64,000 nucleotides of DNA from Eledone cirrhosa. Taxonomy: Eukaryota. Shown here piece after piece: positions 36,001 through 48,629 of the stretch. The DNA lies in contig OZ024741.1 in assembly GCA_964016885.1 (NCBI GenBank), forward strand, positions 253,704,001-253,768,000, read 5' to 3'. Position numbers and translations under genes: made by a program. The notes under the pieces were generated by a model. The model was given only the letters and a program-made list of their open reading frames with translations, was not told the DNA's origin and made no database searches. Each line of letters opens with the position of its first letter. Within the stretch, counting starts at the first letter, position 1.

Positions 36001-39000
36001 ACACAACTAACATCACCACCAACATCACAACTACCATCAGCACCAACATCACAACTATCATCACCACCAACATCACCAGCAACATCACAACTAACATCAC
36101 AACTAACATCACCACCAACATCATCACCAACATCACAACTAACATCACAACTTACATTACCACCAACATCACCACCAACATCACAACCAACATCACCACG
36201 AACATCACCACTACCATCACCACCAACATCACGACCAACATCACAACTAACATCACAACTAACATCACCACTACCATCACCACCAAAATCACCACCAACA
36301 TCACAACTAACAACACAACTAACATCACAACCAACATCACCACTAACATCACAACTAACATCACCACCAACATCACAACTAACATCACAACTAACATCAT
36401 CACTACCATCACCACCAACATCACCACCAACATCACAACTAACATCACAACTAACACCACAGCTAACATCACCACTAACAATTCAACTAACATCACCACC
36501 AACATCACAACTATCATCACCACCAACATCACAACTAACATCACCACCAACATCACCAGCAATATCACAACTAACATCACAACTAACATCACCACCAACA
36601 TCACCAACAACATCACCACTAACATCACCACCAACATCACCACCAACATCACAACTAACATCACAACTAACAAGACAACTAACATCACAACTAACATCAC
36701 CACCAACATCACAACTAACATCACCGCTAACATCACAACCAACATCACCACCAACATCACCACCAACATCACAACTAACATCACCACCAACATCACCACC
36801 AACATCACCACCAACATCACCACTAACAACACAACTAACATCACAACTAACATCACCACCAACATCACAACTAACATCACCACTAACATCACAACTAGCA
36901 TCACAACCAACATCACCGCCATCATCACCACTACCACCACCACCATCATCACCACTAACATCACCACTAACATCATAACTAACATCACCACTAACATCAC
37001 AACTAACATCACCACCAACATCACCACTACCATCACCACCAACATCACCTCCAAGATCACAACTAACATCACAACTAACATCACCACTACCATCACCACC
37101 AACATCACCACCAACATCACAACTAACAACACAACTAACATCACAACCAACATCACCACTAACATCACAACTAACATCACCACCAACATCACAACTAACA
37201 TCACAACTAACATCACCATTACCATCACCACCACCATCACCACCAACATCATAACTAACATCACCACCAACATCACAACCAACATCACCACCAACATCAC
37301 CACTACCATCACCACCAACATCACCACCAACATCACAACTAACATCACAACTTACATCACAACTAACAAGACAACTAACATCACCACCAACATCACCACC
37401 AACATCACCACAAACAACACCACCAACATCACCACCAACATTACAACTAACATCACAACTAACATCACCACCAACATCACAACTATCATCACAACTAATG
37501 TCACCACCAACATCACCTCCAACATCACCACCAACATCACCACCAACAACACAACTAACAACACAACTAACATCACCACCAACATCACAACTAACATCAC
37601 CACCAACATCACCACCAACATCACCATCAACATCACCACCAACATCAAAACTAACAACACAACTAACAACACAACTAACATCACCACCAACATCACCACT
37701 AACATCACAACTAACATCACCACCAACATCACCACCAACATCACCACCAACATAACCACCAACATCAAAACTAACAACACAACTAACAACACAACTAACA
37801 TCACCACCAACATCACAACTAACATCACAACTAACATCACCACCAACATCACCACCAACATCACAACTAACATCACCACCAACATCACCACCAACATCGC
37901 CCCCAACATCACCACCAACATCAAAACTAACTACACAACTAACAACACAACTAACATCACCACCAACATCACAAATATCATCACCACCAACATCACAACT
38001 AACATCACCAGCAACATCACAACTAACATCACAACTAACATCACCACCAACATCATCACCAACATCACAACTAACATCACAACTAACATTACCACCAACA
38101 TCACCACCAACATCACAACTAACATCACCACCAACATCACCACCAACATCACAACTAACATCACAACTAACATTACCACCAACATCACCACCAACATCAC
38201 AACTAACATCACCACCAACATCACCACGAACATCACCACTAACATCACCACAAAGATCACCACTAATATCACAACTAACATCACAACCAACATCACCACC
38301 AACATCACAACTAACATCACAACTAACATCACAACTAACATCACAACTAACATCACCACCAACATCACCACCAACATCACCACCAACATCACAACTAACA
38401 TCACAACTAACATCACCACCAACATCACCACTAACAGCACAACTTACATCACATCTAACAAGACAACTAACATCACCACCAACATCACCACCAACATCAC
38501 AACTAACATCACAACTAACATCACAGCTAACATCACCACTAACAACACAACTAACACCACCACCAACATCACAACTATCATCACCACCAACATCACAACT
38601 AACATCACCACCAACATCACCAGCAACATCACAACTAACATAACAACTAACATCATCACCAACATCACCAACAACATCACCACTAACATCACCACCAACA
38701 TCACCACCAACATCACAACTAACATCACAACTAACAAGACAACTAACATCACAACTAACATCACCACCAACATCACAACTAACATCAGAGCTAACATCAC
38801 CACCAACATCACCAACAACGTCACCACCAACATCACAACTAACATCACAGCTAACATCACCACCAACATCACCACCAACATCACCACCAACATCACAACT
38901 AACATCACCACCAACATCACCACCAACATCACCCCCAACATCACCACCAACATCAAAACTAACTACACAACTAACAACACAACTAACATCACCACCAACA

Positions 39001-42000
39001 TCACAACTATCATCACCACCAACATCACAACTAACTTCACCACCAACATCACCAGCAACATCACAACTAACATCACAACTAACATCACCACCAACATCAT
39101 CACCAACATCACAACTAACATCACAACTAACATTACCACCAACATCACCACCAACATCACAACTAACATCACCACCAAGATCACCACTAACATCACCACT
39201 AACATCACAACCAACATCACCGCCATCATCACCACTACCAGCACCGCCAACATCACTATTAACATCACCAATAACATCATAATTAACATCACCACTAACA
39301 TCACAACTAACATCACCACCAACATCACAACTAACATCACAACTAACATCACCACTACCATCACCACCACCATCCCCACCAACATCACAACTAACATCAC
39401 CACCAAGGTCACAACCAACATCACCACCAACATCACCACTACCATCACCACCAACATCACCACCAAGATCACAACTAACATCACAACTAACATCACCACT
39501 ACCATCACCACCAACATCACCACCAACATCACAACTAACAACACAACTAACATCACCACCAACATCACCACTACCATCACCACCAACATCACCACCAACA
39601 TCACAACTAACAGCACAACTTACATCACAACTAACAAGACAACTAACATCACCACCAACATCACCACCAACATCACCACAAACAACACCACCAACATCAC
39701 CACCAACATTACAACTAACATCACAACTAACATCACCACCAACATCACAACTAACATCACAACTAACGTCACCACCAACATCACCACCAACATCACCACG
39801 AACAACACAACTAACAACACAACTAACATCACCACCAACATCACAACTAACATCACCACCAACATCACCAACAACATCACCACCAACATCACCAACATCA
39901 CCACCAACATCACCACCAACATCAAAACTAACAACACAACTAACAACACAACTAACATCACCACCAACATCACCACTAACATCACAACTACCATCACCAC
40001 CAACATCACCACCAACATCACAACTAACAGCACAACTTACATCACAACTAACAAGACAACTAACATCACCACCAACATCACCACCAACATCACCACAAAC
40101 AACACCACCAACATCACCACCAACATTACAACTAACATCACAACTAACATCACCACCAACATCACAACTATCATCACAACTAACGTCACCACCAACATCA
40201 CCACCAACATCACCACCAACATCACCACCAACAACACAACTAACAACACAACTAACATCACCACCAACATCACAACTAACATCACCACCAACATCACCAC
40301 CAACATCACCACCAACATCACCACCAACATCAAAACTAACAACACAACTAACAACACAACTAACATCACCACCAACATCACCACTAACATCACAACTAAC
40401 ATCACCACCAACATCACCACCAACATCACCACCAACATAACCACCAACATCAAAACTAACAACACAACTAACAACACAACTAACATCACCACCAACATCA
40501 CAACTAACATCACAACTAACATCACCACCAACATCACCACCAACATCACAACTAACATCACCACCAACATCACCACCAACATCACCCCCAACATCACCAC
40601 CAACATCAAAACTAACTACACAACTAACAACACAACTAACATCACCACCAACATCACAAATATCATCACCACCAACATCACAACTAACATCACCACCAAC
40701 ATCACCAGCGACATCACAACTAAAATCACAACTAACATCACCACCAACATCATCACCAACATCACAACTAACATCACAACTAACATTACCACCAACATCA
40801 CCACCAACATCACAACTAACATCACCACCAACATCACCACCAACATCACAACTAACATCACAACTACCATTACCACCAACATCACCACCAACATCACAAC
40901 TAACATCACCACCAACATCACCACGAACATCACCACTAACATCACAACTAACATCACCACAAAGATCACCACTAATATCACAACTAACATCACAACCAAC
41001 ATCACCACCAACATCACCACCAACATCACCACCAACATCACAACTAACATCACAACTAACATCACAACTAACATCACAACTAACATCACCACCAACATCA
41101 CCACCAACATCACCACCAACATCACAACTAACATCACAACTAACATCACCACCAATATCACCACTAACAGCACAACTTACATCACAACTAACAAGACAAC
41201 TAACTTCACCACCAACATCACCACCAACATCACAACTAACATCACAGCTAACATCACCACTAACAACACAACTAACACCACCACCAACATCACAACTATC
41301 ATCACACCAACATCACAACTATCATCACCACCAACATCACAACTAACATCACCACCAACATCACCAGCAACATCACAACTAACATCACAACTAACATCAC
41401 CACCAACATCACCAACAACATCACCACTAACATCACCACCAACATCACCACCAACATCACAACTAACATCACAACTAACAAGACAATTAACATCACAACT
41501 AACATCACCACCAACATCACAACTAACATCACAGCTAACATCACCACCAACATCACCACCAACGTCACCACCAACATCACAACTAACATCACCACCAACA
41601 TCACAACTAACATCACAGCTAACATCACCACCAACATCACCACCAACATCACCACCAACATCACCACCAACATCACCACCAACATCACAACTAACATCAC
41701 CACCAACATCACCACCAACATCACCACTACCACCACCACCAACATCACCACCAACATCACCACTAACAACACAACTAACATCACAACTAACATCACCACC
41801 AACATCACCACTAACATCACCACTAACATCACAACTAACATCACAACCAACATCACCGCCAGCATCACCACTACCACCACCACCAACATCATCACCAACA
41901 TCACCACTAACATCATAACTATCATCACCACTAACATCACAACTAACATCACCACCAACATCACAACTAACATCACAACTAACATCACCACTACCATCAC

Positions 42001-43700
42001 CACCACCATCACCACCAACATCACAACTAACATCACCACCAACATCACAACTAACATCACAACTAACATCACCACTACCATCACCACCAACATCACCACC
42101 AACATCACAAGTAACATCACAACTAACATCACAACTAACATCACAACTAACATCACAACCAACATCACAACTAACAAGACAACTAACATCACCACCAACA
42201 TCACCACCAACATCACCACCAACATCACCACCAACATCACAACTAACACAACTAACATTATCACCAACATCACAACTATCATCACCACCAACATCACAAC
42301 TAACATCACCACCAACATCACCAACAACATCACCACCAACATCACCACCAACATCACCACCAACATCACAACTAACATCACAACTAACAAGACAACTAAC
42401 ATCACAACTAACATCACCACCAACATCACAACTAACATCACAGCTAACATCACCACCAACATCACCACCAACATGACCACCAACCTCACAACTAACATCA
42501 CCACCAACATCACCACCAACATCACAACTAACAACACAACTAACATCACAACCAACATCACCACTAACATCACAACTAACATCACCACCAACATCACAAC
42601 TAACATCACAACTAATATCACCACTACCATCACCACCACCATCACCACAAACATCACAACTAACATCACCACCAACATCACAACCAACATCACCACCAAC
42701 ATCACCACTACCATCACCTCCAACATCACCACCAACATCACAACTAACATCACAACTAACATCACCACTACCATCACCACCAACATCACCACCAACATCA
42801 CTACCAACATCACCACTAACATCACCACCAGCATCACCACCAACATCACCACTAACATCACCACCAACATCACCACCAACATCACAACTAACATCACCAC
42901 CAACATCACCACCAACATCACAACTAACATCACAACTAACATCACCACTATCATCACCACCAACATCACAACTAACCTCACCACCAACATCACCACCAAC
43001 ATCACAACTAACATCACCACCAACATCACAACTAACATCACGACCAACATCACCACCAACATCACAACTAACATCACCACCAACATCACCACCAACATAA
43101 CAACTAACATCACCACTAACATCACCACCAACGTCACAACTAACATCACTACTAACATCACCACCAACATCACTACTAACATCACAACTAACATCACCAA
43201 TATCACCACCAACATCACCACTAACATCACCACCAACATCACAACTAACATCACCACCAACATCACCACCAACATCACCACCAACATCACAACTAACATC
43301 ACCACCAACATCACCACCAACATCACCACCAACATCACAACTAACATCACCACCAACATCACAACTAACATCACCACCTTACATTACAACTAACATCACC
43401 ACCAACATCACAACTAACATCACCACCAACATCACCACCAACATCACAACTAACATCACAACTAACATCACCACTATCATCACCACCAACATCACAACTA
43501 ACATCACCACCAACATCACCACCAACATCACAACTAACATCACCACCAACATCACCACCAACATCACAACTAACATCACCACCAACATCACAACTAACAT
43601 CACGACCAACATCACCACCAACATCACAACTAACATCACCACCAACATCACCACCAACATCACCACTACCATCACCACCAACATCACCACTACCATCACC
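1..43700. repeat. Giant 12-bp tandem array (AACATCACCACC / AACATCACAACT), about 3,600 units, open at the left edge, with higher-order duplications
   Basis: 12-bp period is visible throughout; G is nearly absent from the + strand; the array decays into (ACC)n after about 43,650. Confidence 0.98.
3..41305 (+). CDS. Putative (NITT)n Thr/Asn/Ile-rich mucin-like repeat frame, 5'-incomplete; coding status unproven
   Basis: The frame of track ORF 777..41918 is already open at base 3 (ACT AAC AGC ACA ACT TAC). The ATG at 777 is only an ATC>ATG unit variant, repeated at 5325. There is no stop and only 3n indels until a 1-bp deletion at about 41,305. Dominant variants ACC/ACA and ACC/ACT are synonymous. 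Confidence 0.3.
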
Positions 43701-43904
43701 ACCACCAACATCACCACCACCAACATCACCACCACCACCACCATCACCACCAACATCACCACCAATACCATCACCACCATCACCACTACCATCACCACCA
43801 CCATCACCACCATCATCACCGCAAATGTCACCACTACCACTACCACCAACATCACCACCAAAATCACTGCCACCACCACCACTTACCTCCACTACTACCA
43901 CTGA
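41306..43904 (+). other. Frameshifted continuation of the NITT repeat: -1 at about 41,305, +1 at about 43,379, then TGA at 43,902-43,904 in the original frame
   Basis: ATC AC ACC AAC at 41,301-41,311 and ACC ACC T TAC ATT ACA at 43,373-43,388. The end translates ...NITTKITATTTTYLHYYH*. Confidence 0.5.
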
Positions 43905-44104
43905 CACCACCTTAACCTTACCTTTACTGCCACCACCACTACCACCCCCACCTTACCACTACTTACACCTCCACTTCCGTTCTTCCACTACCATCCGTTA
44001 CACTCCTACCACACCTTACGTCCAATGTCACCCTTGACACCACCATTACCATTCCCCCACTGTCACCACTAACCACTACCATTTCTAGCCACCCCCACAC
44101 CCCC

Positions 44105-44758
44105 TCCACCACCTTACCTCAATGCCACCCCTAACACCACCACCACACACACCTCCAAAGGCACCCCTAACACCACCACCGCCACCTACCTCCAATGCCA
44201 CCCCTAACACCACCACCGCCACCTACCTCCAATGCCACCCCTAACACCACCGCCACCACCTTACCTCCAATGCCACCACCTTACCTCCAATGCCACCCCT
44301 AACACCACCACCACCACCTTACCTCCAATGCCACCACCTTACCTCCTATGCCACCCCTAACACCATCACCACCACCTTACCTCCAATGCCACCCCTAACA
44401 CCACCACCACACACACCTCACCTCCAAAGGCACCCCTAACACCACCACCGCCACCTACCTCCAATGCCACCCCTAACACCACCGCCACCACCTTACCTCC
44501 AATGCCGCCACCTTACCTCCAATGCCACACCTAACACCATAACCACCACCTTACCTCCAATGCCACACCTAACACCACCACCACCACCTTACCTCCAATG
44601 CCACCCCTAGCACCACCACCACCACCGTACCTCCAATGCTACCCCTAACACCACTGCCACCACCTTACCTCCAATGCCACCCCTAACACCACTGCCACCA
44701 CCTTACCTCCAATGCCACCCCTAACACCACTGCCACCACCTTACCTCCAATGCCACCA
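44105..44758. repeat. 38-bp C-rich minisatellite CCTTACCTCCAATGCCACCCCTAACACCAC(C/T)(A/G)CCACCA with some truncated units
   Basis: Unit starts at 44,663 and 44,701 are 38 bp apart; the ACCTCCAATGCCAC core recurs across the interval. Confidence 0.9.
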
Positions 44759-44956
44759 CAAAAAACCCTATCATCCCCACCCTCACTGCTCCTCCTAGCA
44801 CCCTCTACCTGCACCTCTTTCTGCTACCTGATGTTCATGTCGTTGATGTGGATGTTGCGAGGCATGCATTGTGGTAATGGTGTGCGGGGTGAGGTGGAGA
44901 ATGGGGGTTGCCATGGTAAATAATGATGGCTTTAGAACCTTCGCCTCCTCATTACT

Positions 44957-44958
44957 AC

Positions 44959-45001
<43 letters not shown>

Positions 45002-45131
45002 TTCGCCGTCATCACCATCATCATCATTATCATCATCATCATCATCATCATCATCATCTTCGCCGTCATCACCATCATCATCATTATCATCATCATTATC
45101 ATCATCATCATCATTATCATCATCATTATTA
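44957..45131. repeat. (CAT)n microsatellite with an internal 57-bp duplication
   Basis: CAT runs; CTTCGCCGTCATCACC occurs at 45,001 and 45,058. Confidence 0.9.
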
Positions 45132-45245
45132 TCAAATCCCGCCGAGGTTAACTTTGCCTTTCATCCTTACGCGGTCGATAAAATAAAGTACCAGTAATAT
45201 ACTGGTGAGTTTGCTGGCCTTGTGCCTAAAGTAGAAACAATTATT
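45132..45245 (+). mobile_element. tRNA-derived SINE, 5'-truncated (octopod-type family)
   Basis: TCAAATCCCGCCGAGGTTAACTTTGCCTTTCATCC...GGCCTTGTGCCTAAAGTAGAAACAATT matches the other copies in the window. Confidence 0.85.
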
Positions 45246-45290
45246 ATCATTATCAGCATCTGATGATGATAATAATGATAATCTTTGATT

Positions 45291-45472
45291 AATAATTGTT
45301 TCTACTTTAGGCACAAGGCCAGCAATTATCCAGTACATTACTGGTACTTTATTTTACCGACCCCGTAAGGATGAAAGGCAAAGTTAACCTCGGCGGGATT
45401 TGAACTCAGATCGTAAAGGGAGGTAACTGTGCTGGAAAGCATGGCGTCCGACCCTCTACCGATACTGCCAAT
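45291..45472 (-). mobile_element. tRNA-derived SINE, near full length
   Basis: The reverse complement has an A-box-like TGGCAGTATCGG, B box GAGTTCAAATC and the same body and tail; close to the copy at 55,110-55,290. Confidence 0.85.
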
Positions 45473-45552
45473 AATGATCTGCTTTGATGTTGATGATAAC
45501 GATTTTGATGGTAATGGTGCTGTTGATGATGGTGGTGGTGATGCTGATAGTG

Positions 45553-45665
45553 ATAATAGTTGTTTTTACTTTTGGCACAAGGCCAGCAATTACCCAGTGC
45601 AATAAAGTACCAGTAATACACTGGGTGTTTTGTTGGCCTTGTGCCAAAAAGTAGAAACAATCATT
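45553..45665. mobile_element. Two SINE 3' fragments fused back to back (minus 45,553-45,600; plus 45,601-45,665)
   Basis: TTTTGGCACAAGGCCAGCAATTACCCAGTGC is joined directly to AATAAAGTACCAGTAATACACTGG...GGCCTTGTGCCAAAAAGTAGAAACAA. Confidence 0.8.
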
Positions 45666-45974
45666 ATCATTATCAGCATCACCACCACCATCATCAACAG
45701 CACCATTACCATCAAAAGCGTTATCATCAACATCACCATCATCATCATCATTGTTATCACCACCATCACCATCATCAACATCATCATCATTAGTATCACC
45801 CTATCAGCACTATCACCATCATCAACACCAGCATCATCATCAACAACATCATCATCATTAGTATCACCCTATCAGCACTAACACCATCATCAACACCACC
45901 ATCATCATCATCAACATTATCATCGTCAACATCAAAGCAGTGCCATGTAACTATGATAGTGTGGTGATATTAGT

Positions 45975-48620
45975 GTTGTGGCTATGATGGTGTGGTGTAG
46001 TGTGGTGTGGTGTAGTGTGGTGTGGTGTGGTGTAGTGTGGTGTGGTGTAGTGTGGTGTGGTGTAGTGTGGTGTGGTTTGGTGTGGGGTGGTGTAGTGTGT
46101 GGTGTGGTGTTGTGTGGTGTAGTGTAGTGTGGTGTAGTGTGGTGTAGTGTAGTGTAGTGTAGTGTGGTGTGGTGTGGTGTAGTGTAGTGTAGTATGGTGT
46201 AGTGTGGTATGGTGTAGTGTGGTGTGGTGTAGTGTGGTGTAGTGTGGTGTGGTGTAGTGTGGTGTAGTGTGGTGTAGTGTGGTGTAGTGTAGTGTGGTGT
46301 AGTGTGGTGTAGTGTGGTGTGGTGTGGTGTGGAGTAGTGTAGTGTAGTATGGTGTGGTGTGGGGTGGTGTAGTGTGGTGTAGTGTAGTGTAGTGTAGTGT
46401 AGTGTAGTGTAGTGTAGTGTAGTGATGTGTAGTGTGGTGTGGTGTGGTGTGGTGTGGTGTGGTGTGGTGTGGTGTGGTGTGATGTGGTGTGGTGTGGTGT
46501 AGTGTGGTGTAGTGTGGTGTGGGGTTGTGTAGTGTGGTGTGGAATGGTGTAATGTGGTGTAGTGTGGTGTAGTGTGGTGTAGTGTGGTGAGGTGTGGGGT
46601 GGTGTAGTGTGGTGTGGTGTAGTGTGGTGTGGTGTGGTGTGGTGTAGTGTGGTGTAGTGTGGTGAGGTGTGGGGTGGTGTAGTGTGGTGTGGTGTAGTGT
46701 GGTGTGGTGTGGTGTGGTGTGGTGTGGTGTAGTGTAGTGTAGTGTGGTGTAGTGTAGTGTGGTGTAGTGTAGTGTGGTGTGGTGTGGTGTGGTGTGGGGT
46801 GGTGTAGTGTGTGGTGTGGTGTTGTGTGGTGTAGTGTGGTGTAGTGTGGTGTAGTGTGGTGTAGTATGGTGTAGTGTAGTGTAGTGTAGTGTAGTGTAGT
46901 GTAGTGTGGTGTGGTGTGGTGTGGTGTGGTGTGGTGTGGTGTGGTGTGGTGTGGTGTGGGGTGGTGTGGGGTGGTGTAGTGTGATGTGGTGTAGTGTAGT
47001 GTGGTGTGGGGTGGTGTAGAGTGGTGTGATGTGGTGTGGTGTGGTGTAGTGTGGTGTAGTGTGGTGTGGTGTGGTGTAGTGTGGTGTGGGGTGGTGTAGA
47101 GTGGTGTGATGTGGTGTAGTGTGGTGTAGTGTAGTGTGGTGTGGTGTGGTGTGGTGTAGTGTAGTGTAGTGTGGTGTGGTGTGGTGTGGTGTAGTGTAGT
47201 GTGGTGTGGTGTAGTGTGGTATGGTGTGGTGTAGTGTGGTGTGGTGTAGTGTAGTGTGGTGTGGTGTGGTGTGGTGTGGTGTGGTGTGGGGTGGTGTAGT
47301 GTGTGGTGTGGTGTTGTGTGGTGTAGTGTGGTGTAGTGTGGTGTAGTGTAGTGTGGTGTAGTGTGGTGTGGTGTGGTGTAGTGTAGTGTAGTATGGTGTA
47401 GTGTGGTGTGGTGTGGTGTGGTGTAGTGTAGTGTAGTGTAGTGTGGTGTGGTGTGGTGTGGTGTGGTGTAGTGTGGTGTAGTGTGGTGTGGTGTGGTGTA
47501 GTGTGGTGTGGGGTGGTGTAGTGTGGTGTCGTGTAGTGTGGTGTAGTGTGGTGTAGTGTAGTGTGGTGTGGTTTGGTGTGGGGTGGTGTAGTGTGTGGTG
47601 TGGTGTTGTGTGGTGTGGTGTGGTGTAGTGTGGTGTAGTGTGGTGTAGTGTGGTGTGGTGCAGGGTGGTGTAGTGTGGTGTGGTGTGGTGTAGTGTGGTG
47701 TGGTGTAGTGTGGTGTAGTGTGGTGTGGTGTAGTGTGGTGTGGTTTGGTGTGGGGTGGTGTAGTGTGTGGTGTGGTGTAGTGTAGTGTAGTGTAGTGTAG
47801 TGTAGTGTAGTGTAGTGTAGTGTAGTGTAGTGTAGTGTAGTGTAGTGTAGTGTAGTGTAGTGTAGTGTGGTGTGGTGTGGTGTGGTGTGGTGTGGTGTGG
47901 TGTGGTGTGGTGTGGTGTGGTGTGGTGTGGTGTGGTGTGGTGTGGTGTGGTGTGGTGTGGCGTAGTGTGGTGTGGTGTGGTGTAGTGTGGCGTAGTGTGG
48001 TGTGGTGTAGTGTGGTGTAGTGTTGTGTAGTGTGGTGTGGTGTGGAGTAGTGTAGCGTACTATGGTGTGGTGCGGGGTGGTGTAGTGTAGTGTAGTGTAG
48101 TGTAGTGATGTGTAGTGTGGTGTGGTGTGGTGTGGTGTGGTGTGGTGTGGTGTGGTGTGGTGTGGTCTGGTGTGGTGTAGTGTGGTGTAGTGTGGTGTGG
48201 GGTGGTGTAGTGTGGTGTGGAATGGTGTAATGTGGTGTAGTGTGGTGTAGTGTGGTGTGGGGTGGTGTAGTGTGGTGTAGTTTGGTGTAGTGTGGTGTGG
48301 GGTGGAGTAGTGTGGTGTAGTGTGGTGTGGGTAGTGTAGTGTGGTGTGGGGTGGTGTAGGGTGGTGTAGTGTGGTGTAGTGTGGTGTAGTGTGGTGTGGG
48401 TAGTGTAGTGTGGTGTAGTGTGGTGTGGGGTGGTGTAGTGTGGTGTAGTGTGTTTGGGGCGTGGTGTGGTGTTGTGTGGTGTGGTGTAGTGTGGTTGTGG
48501 TGTGGGGTGGTGTGGTGTGGTGTGGTGTGGTGTAGTGTGGTGTAGTGTGGTGTGGTGTGGGGTGGTGTGGTGTAGTGTGGTTTGGTGTGGTGTAGTGTAC
48601 TGTGATGTAGTGTAGTGTTG
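45975..48620. repeat. Pentamer satellite (GTGTG/GTGTA)n, about 2.6 kb
   Basis: Interspersed TGGTG and TAGTG units with pure runs of each, e.g. 47,775-47,960. Confidence 0.95.
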
Positions 48621-48629
48621 TCTGGTGTG

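Noticed and set aside
1-43700. CRISPR array or telomere tract
   Set aside because: There are no unique spacers or cas genes, and the unit is not a TTAGGG-type repeat.
17-43910. Many minus-strand ORFs reading (MLVV)n or (DVGG/DVSC)n
   Set aside because: Antisense shadows of the 12-bp repeat, broken wherever a variant creates a stop; no protein-like features.
44871-45881. Poly-Ser, poly-His and poly-Met ORFs
   Set aside because: Translations of (CAT)n and SINE sequence.
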